A stretch of 64,000 nt of DNA from Macrostomum lignano (GCA_002269645.1 NIVC01000124.1:62001-126000), one strand, 5' to 3'; positions 1-12,912 are shown, counted from the stretch's first letter. The notes: generated by a model from the letters alone, not told the origin. Numbers and translations are program-made.

Positions 1-330
1 TCCCTCCAAATCTTAAGATCCCGAACTACCTTTAAATCCCAAGATCCCAAACTACCTTTAAATCCCAAGATCCCAAACTACCTTTAAATCCCAAGATCCC
101 AAACTACCTTTAAATCCCAAGATCCCAAACTGCCTCTAAATTCCAAGATCCCAAACTGCCTCTAAATTCCAAGATCCCAAACTCCCTGCAGAATTCCCCT
201 CCCCGATCGAGAACTTCTAAGATCCAAATTCCTTCCAGAATTCCCCGATGGAGAATTCTCAGGATCCCAGACTTCCTCCAGAATTCCTCGATAGAGAATT
301 CTCAAGATCCCAAACTCCATCCAGAATTCC
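1..330. repeat. Intronic minisatellite, 26-bp unit (aatcccaagatcccaaactaccttta), degenerating 3'-ward
   Basis: Direct tandem copies at 26-bp spacing (e.g. aatccc at 61 and 87), upstream of the DOCK exon acceptor. Confidence 0.85.
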
Positions 331-469
331 CCGTTGGTCTACTTGGGATTTCCTTAATTACTAGATCTAAGAGTAATTCTCTTAGTAATTCCCCAGTTCT
401 CTGTATTATTAACAATCGAATTCCCCAGCTCCGCAGTTCATAATCTCTAATTAACTACCCTGGCCGCAG

Positions 470-1192
470 GTGGAGCGCGAACGGCTGGACCAGAACAAGG
501 CCTACATCCAGATCACCTATGTCGAGCCCTACCTGGAACCCTACGAGCTGCGCGAGCGTCAGTCGCAATTCGAGCGCAACAACGGCATAGCAACGTTTGT
601 CTACTCGACTCCGTACACTCAGAGCGGCCGGGCGCACGGCGATCTGCAAGATCAGTGCAAGCGCAAAACCGTGCTTACAACCAGTCACAGCTTCCCCTAC
701 ATCAAGACACGGCTACAGGTGATCCACACGAAATCCTTCAACTTGACTCCAATCGAAGTAGCAATTGAAGATTTGGAGAAGAAAAACGCTGAATTGACCC
801 GAGCTTTGGAGTTGAATCCGCCGGATTTGAAAATTCTACAAATGGTTTTGCAAGGCTCAATTGGTGCCACGGTTAATCAGGGCCCGGTCGAGATGGCCTC
901 GGTGTTCCTCGCCTCCGTGGCGGAGGGCACCCAGCCCGCCGCACCAGCGCATCACAAACTTCGTCTGGCCTTCAAGGAGTTCCTGTTGAAGTCGCACGAT
1001 GCCCTGGCTAAGAATCGCGACCTGATCATGTCGGATCAGGTGGATTATCAGACTGAGATGGAGAAGAATTATCAATTGATTAAAGACCAGCTGCTGCCGC
1101 TGACCAGCTGGGGCAATCCGAGCTTTGATCGTGAGCAGAGAAATGTTGTAGCCGCTAGGAGGAAGAGCAACTCTTCAATGTCCAGCTGCTGA
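470..1192 (+). CDS. Terminal coding exon of a DOCK-C family (DOCK6/7/8-like) Rho GEF, DHR-2 domain C-terminal part; gene is 5'-incomplete
   Basis: Acceptor ccgcAG at 468-469. Translation NKAYIQITYVEPY...GRAHG...KRKTVLTTSHSFPYIKTR...LTPIEVAIED...LQMVLQGSIGATVNQGP...HHKLRL matches my recall of the DOCK6/7/8 DHR-2 lobes. Stop TGA at 1190-1192. Confidence 0.93.
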   Translation: MERERLDQNKAYIQITYVEPYLEPYELRERQSQFERNNGIATFVYSTPYTQSGRAHGDLQDQCKRKTVLTTSHSFPYIKTRLQVIHTKSFNLTPIEVAIEDLEKKNAELTRALELNPPDLKILQMVLQGSIGATVNQGPVEMASVFLASVAEGTQPAAPAHHKLRLAFKEFLLKSHDALAKNRDLIMSDQVDYQTEMEKNYQLIKDQLLPLTSWGNPSFDREQRNVVAARRKSNSSMSSC

Positions 1193-1193
1193 C

Positions 1194-2227
1194 TTGGTGA
1201 CACTTGCGGCTGGATTGGTGACACTTGCAGCTGAATTGGTGACACTTGCGGCTGAATTGGTGACACTTGTAACTGAATTGGTGACACTTGCGGCTGGATT
1301 GGTGACACTTGCAGCTGAATTGGTGACACTTGCAGCTGAATTGGTGACACTTGTAGCTGAATTGGTGACACTTGCAGCTGAATTGGTGACACTTGTAGCT
1401 GAATTGGTGACACTTGCGGCTGAATTGGTGACACTTGTAACTGAATTGGTGACACTTGCGGCTGAATTGGTGACACTTGCAGCTGAATTGGTGACACTTG
1501 CAGCTGAATTGGTGACACTTGTAGCTGAATTGGTGACACTTGCAGCTGAATTGGTGACACTTGCAGCTGAATTGGTGACACTTGCGGCTGAATTGGTGAC
1601 ACTTGTAGCTGAATTGGTGACACTTGCAGCTGAATTGGTGACACTTGTAGCTGAATTGGTGACACTTGCAGCTGAATTGGTGACACTTGTAGCTGAATTG
1701 GTGACACTTGTAGCTGAATTGGTGACACTTGCAGCTGAATTGGTGACACTTGTAGCTGAATTGGTGACACTTGTAGCTGAATTGGTGACACTTGTAGCTG
1801 AATTGGTGACACTTGCAGCTGAATTGGTGACACTTGCAGCTGAATTGGTGACACTTGTAGCTGAATTGGTGACACTTGTAGCTGAATTGGTGACACTTGT
1901 AGCTGAATTGGTGACACTTGTAGCTGAATTGGTGACACTTGCGGCTGGATTGGTGACACTTGCAGCTGAATTGGTGACACTTGTAGCTGAATTGGTGACA
2001 CTTGTAGCTGAATTGGTGACACTTGTAGCTGAATTGGTGACACTTGTAGCTGAATTGGTGACACTTGTAGCTGAATTGGTGACACTTGCAGCTGAATTGT
2101 TGACACTTGTAGCTGAATTGGTGACACTTGCAGCTGAATTGGTGACACTTGTAGCTGAATTGGTGACACTTGTAGCTGAATTGGTGACACTTGTAGCTGA
2201 ATTGGTGACACTTGTAGCTGAATTGGT
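1194..2227. repeat. 21-bp minisatellite (ttggtgacacttgyagctgaa) starting immediately after the DOCK stop codon
   Basis: About 49 near-identical tandem units. It generates the spurious ORFs 1072-2211, 1155-2282 and 1194-2288. Confidence 0.97.
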
Positions 2228-2727
2228 GAAAATGTTTCAATTTTCTATCAGTGCTAAGCTGCTTAAAATTCGCAAATATCACCTTTAATATTTCAGTTTG
2301 AATTGACGACTTTATTCCAATAACTGCGTTTCTTATTCAGCTTAGTTTATTCCAAGGATGTCTGTCAATTTTGCTATATTTTCAGCGTTCACACACTATC
2401 CGCTTTTGCAATAGAAATCAGCATATTTTAATAAATAGTTTTTTTTAAATAGATCGTAAATAATTTTAGTTGAATCGCAAATTTCTCTTTAGACGCGTTA
2501 CAGACTACTGCTGCGAAACTATGAGGCTTTTTGCTATCTTTTTCCGGAAATTTTTTCTAAAGTTTCTGACTTTCTGCGAAATGCACTTTTATGCTCAAAA
2601 CTCAACTGTTTCCTTTCTTTCTGTTCTATCGATGCTGTTCACAGCTTTCTATTATTCGAGTCACTGCTGTGTTGTGAATATGCAGATATTTTCTCATAAA
2701 CTGGGTCTTCTGCCAACTGCTGACAGC

Positions 2728-4170
2728 CTTCCCTGAAGCCCCACTGCTCTTCCTGAGGCCTCACCGCCTTCCCTGAAGCCCCACTGCTTTCCCTAAAGCC
2801 TCACCGCCTTCACTGAAGCCCCACCGCCTCTTCACTGCTTTCCCTGAAGCCACACTGCCTTTCCTGAAGCTCGACTGCTTTTCCTGAAGCCTCACTGCCT
2901 TCCCTGAAACCCCATCGCCTTTCCTGAAGCCTTCCCTGAAGCTTCACTGCTTTCCCTGAAGCCTCACTACCTTCCCTGAAGCCTCACTACCTTCCCTGAA
3001 GCCTCACTGCCTTCCCTGAAGCCACACCGCCTTCCTTGAAGCCAAACTGCCTTCTCTGAAGCCACACTGCCTTCCCTAAAGCCTCACCGCCTTCACTGAA
3101 GCCCCACCGCCTCTTCACTGCTTTTCCTGAAGCCTCACTGCCTTCCCTGAAACCCCATCGCCTTTCCTGAAGCCTCACTGCCTTCCCTGAAACCCCATCG
3201 CCTTTTCTGAAGCCTCACTGCCTTCCCTGAAGCTTCACTGCTTTCCCTGAAGCCTCACTACCTTCCCTGAAGCCTCACTACCTTCCTTGAAGCCACACTG
3301 CCTTCCCTGAAACCTCACCGCCTCCCTTGAAGCCACACTGCCTTCCCTGAAACCTCACCGCCTCCCTTGAAGCCACACTGCCTTCCCTGAAACCTCACCG
3401 CCTTCCTTGAAGCCACACTGCCTTCCCTGAAACCTCACCGCCTCCCTTGAAGCCACACTGCCTTCCCTGAAACCTCACCGCCTCCCTTGAAGCCACACTG
3501 CCTTCCCTGAAACCTCACCGCCTCCCTTGAAGCCACACTGCCTTCCCTGAAACCTCACCGCCTTCCTTGAAGCCACACTGCCTTCCCTGAAACCTCACCG
3601 CCTCCCTTGAAGCCACACTGCCTTCTCTGAAACCTCACCGCCTTCCTTGAAGCCACACTGCCTTCCCTGAAACCTCACCGCCTCCCTTGAAGCCACACTG
3701 CCTTCCCTGAAACCTCACCGCCTTCCTTGAAGCCACACTGCCTTCCCTGAAACCTCACCGCCTCCCTTGAAGCCACACTGCCTTCCCTGAAACCTCACCG
3801 CCTTCCTTGAAGCCACACTGCCTTCCCTGAAACCTCACTGCCTCCCTTGAAGCCTCACTGCCTTCCCTGAAACCTCACCGCCTCCCTTGAAGCCACACTG
3901 CCTTCCCTGAAACCTCACCGCCTCCCTTGAAGCCTCACTGCCTTCCCTGAAACCTCACCGCCTCCCTTGAAGCCTCACTGCCTTCCCTGAAACCTCACCG
4001 CCTCCCTTGAAGCCACACTGCCTTCCCTGAAACCTCACCGCCTCCCTTGAAGCCACACTGCCTTCCCTGAAACCTCACCGCCTCCCTTGAAGCCACACTG
4101 CCTTCCCTGAAACCTCACCGCCTCCCTTGAAGCCTCACTGCCTTCCCTGAAGCCTCACCGCCTTCTCTAA
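2728..4170. repeat. ~20-bp minisatellite (ctgccttccctgaagcctca) with a 40-bp dimeric higher-order unit in its 3' half
   Basis: Exact 40-bp unit ccttccctgaaacctcaccgcctcccttgaagccacactg repeated from about 3300 to 4140. Confidence 0.95.
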
Positions 4171-4879
4171 AGTGAATTGCCGTTGCTCAACCAGCAGCTT
4201 GTACCAAGTAAATCAATAAATTTTTTTAACCTGAGATTTACATTATCCAGTTTTTTTTCTTCAAAAACCTGCAGCTTAAACCCTTGGCGTATCCGTGATT
4301 ACTAATGCAGCATCCAAGGTAAATTGTTTTTCTCATGTATAGTATAAGCCCGCTCTTTTCAATAATTTTGATTAAATTGTTAAACAAAAAGCGACTTGCT
4401 AAATAATTATGTACTTTCTGTGACTGCCAGCTCTGTTTGTTTTTTCAGAATGTTGAATAAATCCTGTTTGTTATATTCCTGCTCACACTGCCTTTCTAGT
4501 TCTCACTATTCTCACCAGCATATTTGTTATTATTGTTATTATATTTCATCATAAAATTCGGTGACTTACTACTTTTCTCTATCCATTTCCAGTAGTATAA
4601 TCGGGAAATTTTATAATTAGAAGTTAATTTAACGAATCTGCACTCTCAAGAGCCCGTGTGCGACTGAATAGAATTTTTATACTGCCATATTATGTGTGCA
4701 TAATAATAATAATATACATATATATACCGAAATATTACCTATATATTGCTTGTCAATACAGCCAGGCGATCAAAAACAAATTTTAAAGGGTTTTTTGTTA
4801 ATTTTTTATGATGAAAATTATCTTTTATTTATCGTCAACGTACACTGGATTGATTACACTTTACATGGTTACTTGGTGT

Positions 4880-5625
4880 TAGACACTTAGCTGGGTGTTT
4901 TGCAGGCTGGCACTGATATTGGTGTTACTAAAATGGGGTGTTACAGACACATAATGGGTGTTACACAGACTAAAATGAGGTGTTACAGACACTTTAATGG
5001 GACACTTGAATGTTGCAGACACTAAAGGAGTGTTACAGACACTTTAATGGGACACTTGAATGTTGCAGACACTAAAGGGGTGTTACAGACACTTTAATGG
5101 GACACTTTAATGGGTGTTGCAGACACTATCGTGGGTTACAGATTCTTAACTGGGTGTTAAAGACACTGATATTGGTGTTACATATTCTTAACTGAGTGTT
5201 AAAGACACTGATATTGGTGTTACAGATTATTAACTGGGTGTTAGACACAAAAGCGAGTGTTACATTTTATTAACTGGGTGTTAAAGACACTGATATTGGT
5301 GTTACAGATTCTTAACTGGGTGTTAGACACAAAAGCGAGTGTTACATTTTATTAACTGGGTGTTAAAGACACTGATATTGGTGTTACAGATTCTTAACTG
5401 GGTGTTAGACACAAAAGCGAGTGTTACATTTTATTAACTGGGTGTTAAAGACACTGATATTGGTGTTACAGATTATTAACTGGGTGTTAGACACAAAAGC
5501 GAGTGTTACATTTTATTAACTGGGTGTTAAAGACACTGATATTGGTGTTACAGATTCTTAACTGGGTGTTAGACACAAAAGCGAGTGTTACATTTTCTTA
5601 ACTGGGTGTTAAAGACACTATGGGT
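4880..5625. repeat. Tandem repeat with ~82-bp unit (42+40-bp related halves)
   Basis: taactgggtgttaaagacactgatattggtgttacagattct alternates with taactgggtgttagacacaaaagcgagtgttacattttat. Confidence 0.85.
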
Positions 5626-6934
5626 TTTTGCAGACAGTCTGTGTTGACTAAAGATGCAAGTATGCAGTAGGAGCTGTAGTAAATTAGCTCGTACATGTAC
5701 GATGTATTTACTGCATGTATTTTACAAATTCTCAAAATCATGTCTGCAGTGAAATCAAACTTTTCTGCCACACTGCATGCACTTCATATTTCCGATGTCT
5801 ATGGAACTGCGCAATGCTGATAAATATTATACCAAAAGCAGAATGTGCAATCGAATGCACTGCAATAATTACGTATATGATAATAGCCATTTAATAAGCA
5901 TTCTATGGTCAGAATGTCCGAGGCTGCATTTAATGGTCTCGAGGCGAGCGAAGCGACGTTCTGACCATAGACAGCTTAATTTAATGGCTATTATTTTATA
6001 TGAAATCAGATTGCTTATTTTGAGGATATTGCATCTGCAGGTCGACCGTGGTTGCGGGCGGGGGTGCGGGGGCAGAGCCCCCCGCTGGGGGTGTGAAGGC
6101 GAATAATTTTTCAAAACATCGTAGAATTCTCATACAGTCTTAAATCTTTCTCGCGGGCCATAGACAATGTTTAGAATGAATTATCTTAAGACAGTCAGCA
6201 AGTTAAAGAAATTCCAAAGAGAAGAGAAGCGAGTGCGACAAAATCAGTCTAACTGCTTTACCGAGGATTCGTGCTGTCCAATTTGCTATGACTGGCGCTG
6301 AGGAAGACGTCGACTTCTCTGATTTCTTCCACTCATTTGAGAATCCGCCTGCAGCTGATGCGGTGCGTCAATCTTTACCTTCGACAAGCCGTGTGTGAGA
6401 GTTGCTTGATACGACCGACTTGGAGCGCTAGGATGTCTGAGAATCATCGATCCCTCTGCCAAGGTGGCTAGGATTGCGTCCAGTGCTTTACAAGGCATCC
6501 CTGTTCCAAAAGCAAACCTGAGCAACGGTCCCACCGGTGAGCTTGTCGCTTCTGATGAGTCTTGTGAGTCCTCTAATGCACACGGAGTGAAGTCTATCGT
6601 CATTGACGGTCCTATAAAATTGAAATCCTGTTGAGTGCCTGCAGACTTTTTGAAGCTAGCATAGAAAACAATTGAGAAGAAGCATGAGTTATGCGTTATT
6701 CGTATTCTGTCTGTCTCATTTTCTATTTGCGACATCAGATATACACTAATTGTTTATTACTCTATGGTACACCTGGTCTTTCCCGAGACCATTAAATGAT
6801 TTATTGGTCCCGGTATGAAAGTACTTGTACCATAGACTACATGTATTGATTCCTTGCTGCGAAGGCGCCCATTAAACGTCAATTAAATAAGCAATCGGAT
6901 TTTATATGTATATGACTCGAAGAAGTACATCGCC

Positions 6935-7276
6935 ATGACTGCAGACGACCATCGGGAATTGACCGACGAAATCTTACTAAGCTCAGCGGTTGCCATAGCA
7001 ACTATTGCTGTCCTATTCATAGCTTACAATTTTTTCTATCTACCATTGCAAACTATTGTGCATGAGCGAAACGAACTTGTTGCCAGCGACCGTGACACCG
7101 ACTTCTACCTCAGCCACTACACATTCGCAGACGAAGTGATGAAGTTGCACTATTGTCGCAGTGTCGAGCAGCTGGAAAATCTGCATCGTTTGAAGCGATC
7201 GGGCGAGTACCGAGAACAGACGAAGCGGCCTTCAGATTCTGAACAGTACTTTGCCAACAACGCGCCCGCTGATTAG
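6935..7276 (+). CDS. Possible small single-pass membrane protein (113 aa), no recognised family
   Basis: ATG in good context (gccATG). One hydrophobic stretch (ILLSSAVAIATIAVLFIAYNFFYL) followed by a charged tail. Non-repetitive sequence. No homology recognised. Confidence 0.35.
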   Translation: MTADDHRELTDEILLSSAVAIATIAVLFIAYNFFYLPLQTIVHERNELVASDRDTDFYLSHYTFADEVMKLHYCRSVEQLENLHRLKRSGEYREQTKRPSDSEQYFANNAPAD

Positions 7277-7643
7277 GGAGACCTGTGAACTTTTGGACGA
7301 TGGGGCTGCTATGATGGGGCATTCTACAGGCTTGACCAATTTTACCAAAGACAACAGACAGAGCAGTCAGTGACTGTAAAAATTTCAAGCTGATAAGTTC
7401 ACCCATTAAGAAGCATGAAAGTTTCAAACACACTTTGATTGTTCTCATACTGTTTTCAACTGCATGATGTACATGCATGCTACTGTTGACTCTGTGTTTT
7501 GTTCCTGCTACAACACTCATGTTTTGGAAACGAACCATGATAATATTAAACTCAGACAGCTTGCAAAATCAGACGTACGTATTTTTGAAATAGTTCAGTT
7601 ATTTTTGTGCTTCGCAGAGCAAATTGCTGCATCTAGTTTGGGG

Positions 7644-9123
7644 CAGGCGCGTCGCCACCAGGGGGACCGGCTGGGGGAAGGACATGCCCCCCCCCCCAGT
7701 AAAAGCTATGCAGGGGGGACATGCCAATGCTTTGTCCCCCTCCCTCGACCCACCAATTGTGACACGTTGTATAGTAATCAATAATTTTTCTTCAGGGCGC
7801 CAAAATAAAGCGCCTGCGGCGTCAAAATGAGTGACGTGTCTGCTGCGCTAAAATGAGTGTCTGCTGCGCTAAAATGAATGCCTGCGGCGCTAAAATGAGT
7901 GCCTGCGGCTCCAAAATGAGTGCCTGTGGCGCCAAAATGAGTGGCTGTGGCGCCAAAATGAGTGCCTGTGGCTCCAAACTGAGTGCCTGTGGCTCCAAAA
8001 TGTGTGCCTGTGGCTCCAAAATGAGTGCCTGTGGCTCCAAAATGAGTGCCTGTGGCTCCAAAATGAGTGTCTGTGGCTCCAAAATGAGTGTCTGCGGCGC
8101 TAAAATGAGTGCCTGTGGCTCCAAAATGAGTGCCTGTGGCTCCAAAATGAGTGCCTGCGGCGCTAAAATGAGTGCCTGTGGCTCCAAAATGAGTGCCTGC
8201 GGCGCTAAAATGAGTGCCTGTGGCTCCAAAATGAGTGTCTGCGGCGCTAAAATGAGTGCCTGCGGCGCCAAAATGAGTGCCTGTGGCGCCAAAATGAGTG
8301 CCTGCGGCGCCAAAATGAGTGTCTGCGGCGCTAAAATGAGTGCCTGCGGCTCCAAAATGAGTGTCTGCGGCGCCAAAATGAGTGCCTGCGGCGCTAAAAT
8401 GAGTGCCTGCGGCGCTAAAATGAGTGCCTGCGGCTCCAAAATGAGTGTCTGCGGCGCCAAAATGAGTGCCTGTGGCGCCAAAATGAGTGCCTGCGGCTCC
8501 AAAATGAGTGTCTGCGGCTCCAAAATGAGTGCCTGTGGCTCCAAAATGTGTGCCTGTGGCTCCAAAATGAGTGCCTGTGGCTCCAAAATGAGTGTCTGTG
8601 GCTCCAAAATGAGTGTCTGCGGCGCTAAAATGAGTGCCTGTGGCTCCAAAATGAGTGCCTGCGGCGCTAAAATGAGTGCCTGTGGCTCCAAAATGAGTGT
8701 CTGCGGCGCTAAAATGAGTGCCTGCGGCGCCAAAATGAGTGCCTGTGGCGCCAAAATGAGTGCCTGCGGCGCCAAAATGAGTGTCTGCGGCGCTAAAATG
8801 AGTACCTGCGGCGCCAAAATGAGTGCCTGCGGCGCTAAAATGAGTGCCTGCGGCGCTAAAATGAGTGGCTGCGGCGCCAAAATGAGTGCCTGCGGCGCTA
8901 AAATGAGTGGCTGCGGCGCCAAAATGAGTGGCTGCGGCGCCAAAATGAGTGCCTGCGGCGCCAAAATGAGTGCCTGCGGCGCCAAAATGAGTGCCTGCGG
9001 CGCCAAAAATCGCTGACAACACGATTCTCAAACTAATCGAAATGTAGGAATTTTTAATCATGTACATACGTTTTGAATTCTTAGTTTTGTCCCCCCACCA
9101 TAAAACCCATGGCGACGCCCCTG
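7644..9123. mobile_element. hAT-like MITE carrying an internal 21-bp GGCGCC minisatellite (copy 1)
   Basis: Ends caggcgcgtcgcca (7644) and tggcgacgcccctg (9123) are imperfect TIRs. Flanks gtttgggg / gttgtggg match 6/8 as a TSD. The gcctgcggcgccaaaatgagt array fills about 7810-9008. Confidence 0.75.
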
Positions 9124-9647
9124 GTTGTGGGTTCCTGAATTTAAATAAAATAGCGATGACGCTTTGCTCTGGGGGACATTATTAGCTTCACAGGGATCAA
9201 ATATTAGCAGCAGAGACCCTGGCGTAACGCCTTCAGTGCTTTTTCGTCGGCTATAAGTCGCCTGCATTCTTAAATTTTTAGCGGGGTTATAATTATTTTT
9301 TTTACAATCAAAGCTTTAAGTCAAGCAGTTTCTTTTAGTCTAAAAATCTTTTGGTAAGTTTGTTAGCTTATTTGTGCTAATTAAAAGGTGCAAAACGTAT
9401 AGCAAAATAGAATTTTCACAAGTTTTCTAGAACTTATTGTTGTCAATATGCACTCAATCACATGACATCCTTAATTGTACTTAATTGTGACTTCATTGTA
9501 CCTTTTTTTCTAGTGGCAAATTTTATTAAACATAAGCGCATATCAGGTTTTGAGGTGGATTTGTTTCAATAATAACTAAACAAAACGACCCCAGACAAGC
9601 GACGGGCAAAAGTATATAGAGTGCAAGTATATATAAGCCGGTCTTCA

Positions 9648-10535
9648 TCACTGAATGTACTGGTAGAAACCGTATGCCTCGAGCTCGCACATGTTTAGGT
9701 AATCGTTGACATGACTCAGTACGCGAACTCTGCTTCCAGTCATGCCGCAGGTCACGTTCCTCACCTCGAAATGCTGCGTCACCTTCACGCTGCCGCAGGT
9801 AACGTCGTCCACAAGTATTTCAAAGTCGTTCAACCGCTGCGGAGCCTGATCCAGCCTGTTGTACACGGTGACGTAAGCCACGACAGCTGTCTGGACTAGG
9901 CTGCCCTCCCACCATTGGTCAGATAATCCGTTGGTGTGAATGCAGTAACCATTAAAGAAATTCGAATCCGTGTTGCCGTCAATGTTTCGAGTGCACACGC
10001 CGCTGTAGGCTACCGAATGTTGGCTGCAGTTGAAGAATTGTGGCTTCTGAGGAGCTGAAAGAGATGTTGGACAAATACAGATTAATTAAATGATGCTGAT
10101 CGATAGTAATGGGATCATTTTGTTCAGATTTTCAAACCCCTGGAGTTATTGCTTGGACAACACCAAGCAAAATATAATAATTCGTACAAAGAAAAATCAC
10201 CAGCATTCTTAACGAAGAAGTCGCACGGCTGGTCCACAGCAGTCCACCACGAGGTTCGCCAGTAGAACGCGGAAGTGTTGAACAGCTGGCACACCATGTG
10301 ACTGTCAGTCCAATAGTAAAAGCCGTGACAGTTCGGTCTCTCAAAGCAGCGCATGGAGCACTGGATTGAGCCGCTGCCATCGACTGCCGCGAAAGCCGGA
10401 GGCAAAGTGCTGTTGCTGGGGCTGTCCGAGCTGCAGAAATAAGGTTGACCCGCTGCTTGAGGAGTCAGAGGCCGACACCCAATGATGGCACATCAACAAG
10501 ACAAAAGCAAATTGGAGCAGAAACGGGGCCATCAT
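9648..10535 (-). CDS. Secreted PAN/apple-like + F-type lectin (fucolectin) domain protein; exons 10535-10201 and 10054-9648; apparent +1 frameshift near 10493
   Basis: Exon 2 carries an exact H-x26-R-x-D-x4-R fucose-recognition motif (HT...YNRLDQAPQR) and a C-terminal LNMCELEAYG. Exon 1 has SIQCSMRC...CHGFYY...CQL (PAN-like). The GT-AG intron 10200-10055 is phase-consistent. The signal peptide frame is 1 nt off the downstream frame. Confidence 0.8.
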
Positions 10536-11738
10536 CCTCATTGCTTGAAGAAAGTAGATCTGCATGTAATTGCTACTCTTATGACCGATTCGAAAGTGAA
10601 ATTCTCATTGGGTGTGTTAGCTAGTGATCGTCTAAAGTCTTCATATATATTTCGTGTCTTAATAGCATCAAACCGATGTCAGTAGCTACTGAAAAAGAAA
10701 ACCCTTCCCAGCTCATCTTAACTGTTATTCCTAGGATTCTTGATGAGAAAAACGAGTTTTATGAGTAGCTGTCAAAGTATAAAAAGTGTCAATCAGCTGG
10801 GCTCTTAACACAATAAAAAGCTGGAGCCATCATCTTCATGCAGATACTCAGCTAGAGTACCATTGATTGTTGAATGTCAGGTATGTTTTTGGCATATCTC
10901 CACTATGGTGGTGCACAAACTTGCACCACCTGGATACACAGAGAGAAACAATCATCGAGTTTAAATTGAGTATATACTCCATTTGCATTACTGTACGTGT
11001 AGTGTACTCGTACACATTGAGCTGAAGTATAGTACTTATTTAGCCGGCAAGCAAGAATTCCATCGCCAGCTAAGCATGCAATGAGTGGCACTACAATTAA
11101 TAATCAATATTAGCCTTGATTCTTACAGTTATATTTATGTCCTCTGCAACTCCCAACCAAAAAGCCGCGCTAAGACCACGGATCAGCTCTCCTTTTCTTT
11201 CTTTAAGACTCGCTATGCTATGCTTATATATTATAAATGCTTAATTATGTTCAATAATAAAATACATTTTTAACAGCAACATTCAATTTACAACACACAC
11301 ATTTTTGCGCTGCAGGCACTTATCTTGCATTGAGCACCACCACCTAGGCACTTATTTTAATTTGGCGCAGCGCAGGCCCTAATTTTGTGCTGCAAGCTCC
11401 CGGATTATAATTGCCACTGCACCTAAGAAATTCAGAATTAAGCATTTTATAAATTATTTATGAAAGAAGATTGCTAAATTGAATTGTTCCTAATTTTACT
11501 TTAACTTTGTTAAAACAGGAAAACGAGTGTGCACGTTTCGAACTCGACACCAACACATTACACCCGCCCGCTCATCAGTTATAGTGCCTGCATTCAGTTC
11601 AGTGCCTGCCAGACTCGCAAAGATTCCTGTGCTATGCAGCATACTATGCTAACTACCAATAGTGAATAATAATCCCTTACTCGGGTTCACTGATACCCCC
11701 TAAAATTTCACATTTCTATTTTTTGGCATACTTATTTG

Positions 11739-12912
11739 CAGTGTTGGGCACTTCCGTTACCGAGTAACTTGTAAATGGTAACGCAAGTTACTTTTTCGTA
11801 AAGCGTTCCTTACGCAAGTTACTTTCCTATTTTGGTAACGGAGTAACGGTAAGTTACTCAAATTTCGGAAGTCCGTTACAGTTACTTTGCAACAATCGCA
11901 ATATTTAAATTTAAAACTGATATGCTTAGCTATTACGCCAGTTGTCACATTTTTAGCATTTTTCATTCTTAAATTCAAAACTAAGTGAATAATATCATAC
12001 AGTATTACGCTGTAATTAATAAAGAAATACTTGAAACATGTTTTTACTTTGTTATTTTCGGTAAAATATTTTTGCTTTTCGTTTTTAAGTTAATAAAAAT
12101 ATTTTGTTTAGTTCTTAGAAACAAACAACCAAAGAAAGAAATTCATCTGTAGTCTCCACAAATCCACTCAGTGATCGACGTAGCCAGGAATTTTAATTGG
12201 GGGGGGGGGGTTGGCCTGGCTGGCCATGCCTCATGCACCCGCCACGCCCAACCCCACCCCCCCCCCTGGTGGGGTGTCTTGCAGGTGGGGTGAAGTTGCC
12301 GCCCCAACGATTGTTAAGGCGGCCTCCCTGGCTACACCACTAAAGTCCACTGGCACTGCACTGCACTGCACAATAATTTAATATTAATGAATTGAAAAAT
12401 AATTGAAAAAATTGAAAAAAATTTCAAATAATTGAAAATAAAAAGACTAGTAAAGCAGACTGTAGAGTGGAGTAAAGCCAGGTACTTATTACGAGCGATG
12501 TATTATCAAGGACAACTGAAGTTACGTTAAGTTGTCCTTGTGTATTATAACTTATAATGTTATTAAAAATTAAATTGCGTTTTGCCTTTAACGTTTCTGA
12601 CCTTCAGCTTCTCTTCTTTTTACGGAAAGGGCCTAAAGTGATTAAAATTTAATACAGTTACTGAAATTAATTTTGTTGTATTTTTCCTTCTGGCTTTCGC
12701 GATCATTTGTGCTGTTCCAGCACATTTGCAATGTTAAAAAAGCAGAAAATTTTGTTTATAACATAGGTAACGGAAGTAAGTAACGGAAGTAACTTAAAAG
12801 TTACCGGGTTTTTGTTCAAAGTTACTAGGCTAACGTAAGTTACTTTTTAAAAAGTGGTAACTTAAGTTACAGTAACGCAAGTTACTTTTTTTGAGTAACT
12901 TGCCCAACACTG
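11739..12912. mobile_element. Non-autonomous hAT-type element with subterminal GTAAC/GTTAC motifs
   Basis: TIR cagtgttgggca...tgcccaacactg. Perfect 8-bp TSD CTTATTTG at 11731-11738 and 12913-12920. Confidence 0.92.
12169..12342. mobile_element. Short G/C-tract MITE nested in the hAT element
   Basis: Ends cagtg..cgtagccagg and cctggctacaccacta. Flanks aatccact / aagtccact form a near-TSD. Confidence 0.6.

Noticed and set aside
1072-2288. 364-379-aa ORFs (VTLAAEL / SPIQLQV repeats)
   Set aside because: Stop-free translation of a 21-bp minisatellite in several frames on both strands, so not evidence of coding.
7778-9067. 387-429-aa ORFs (KMSACGA / AAGTHFG repeats)
   Set aside because: Translation of the MITE-internal 21-bp array.
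11520-11600. B-box-like gagttcgaaac on the minus strand (possible tRNA)
   Set aside because: No convincing A-box or cloverleaf; at most a degraded SINE fragment.
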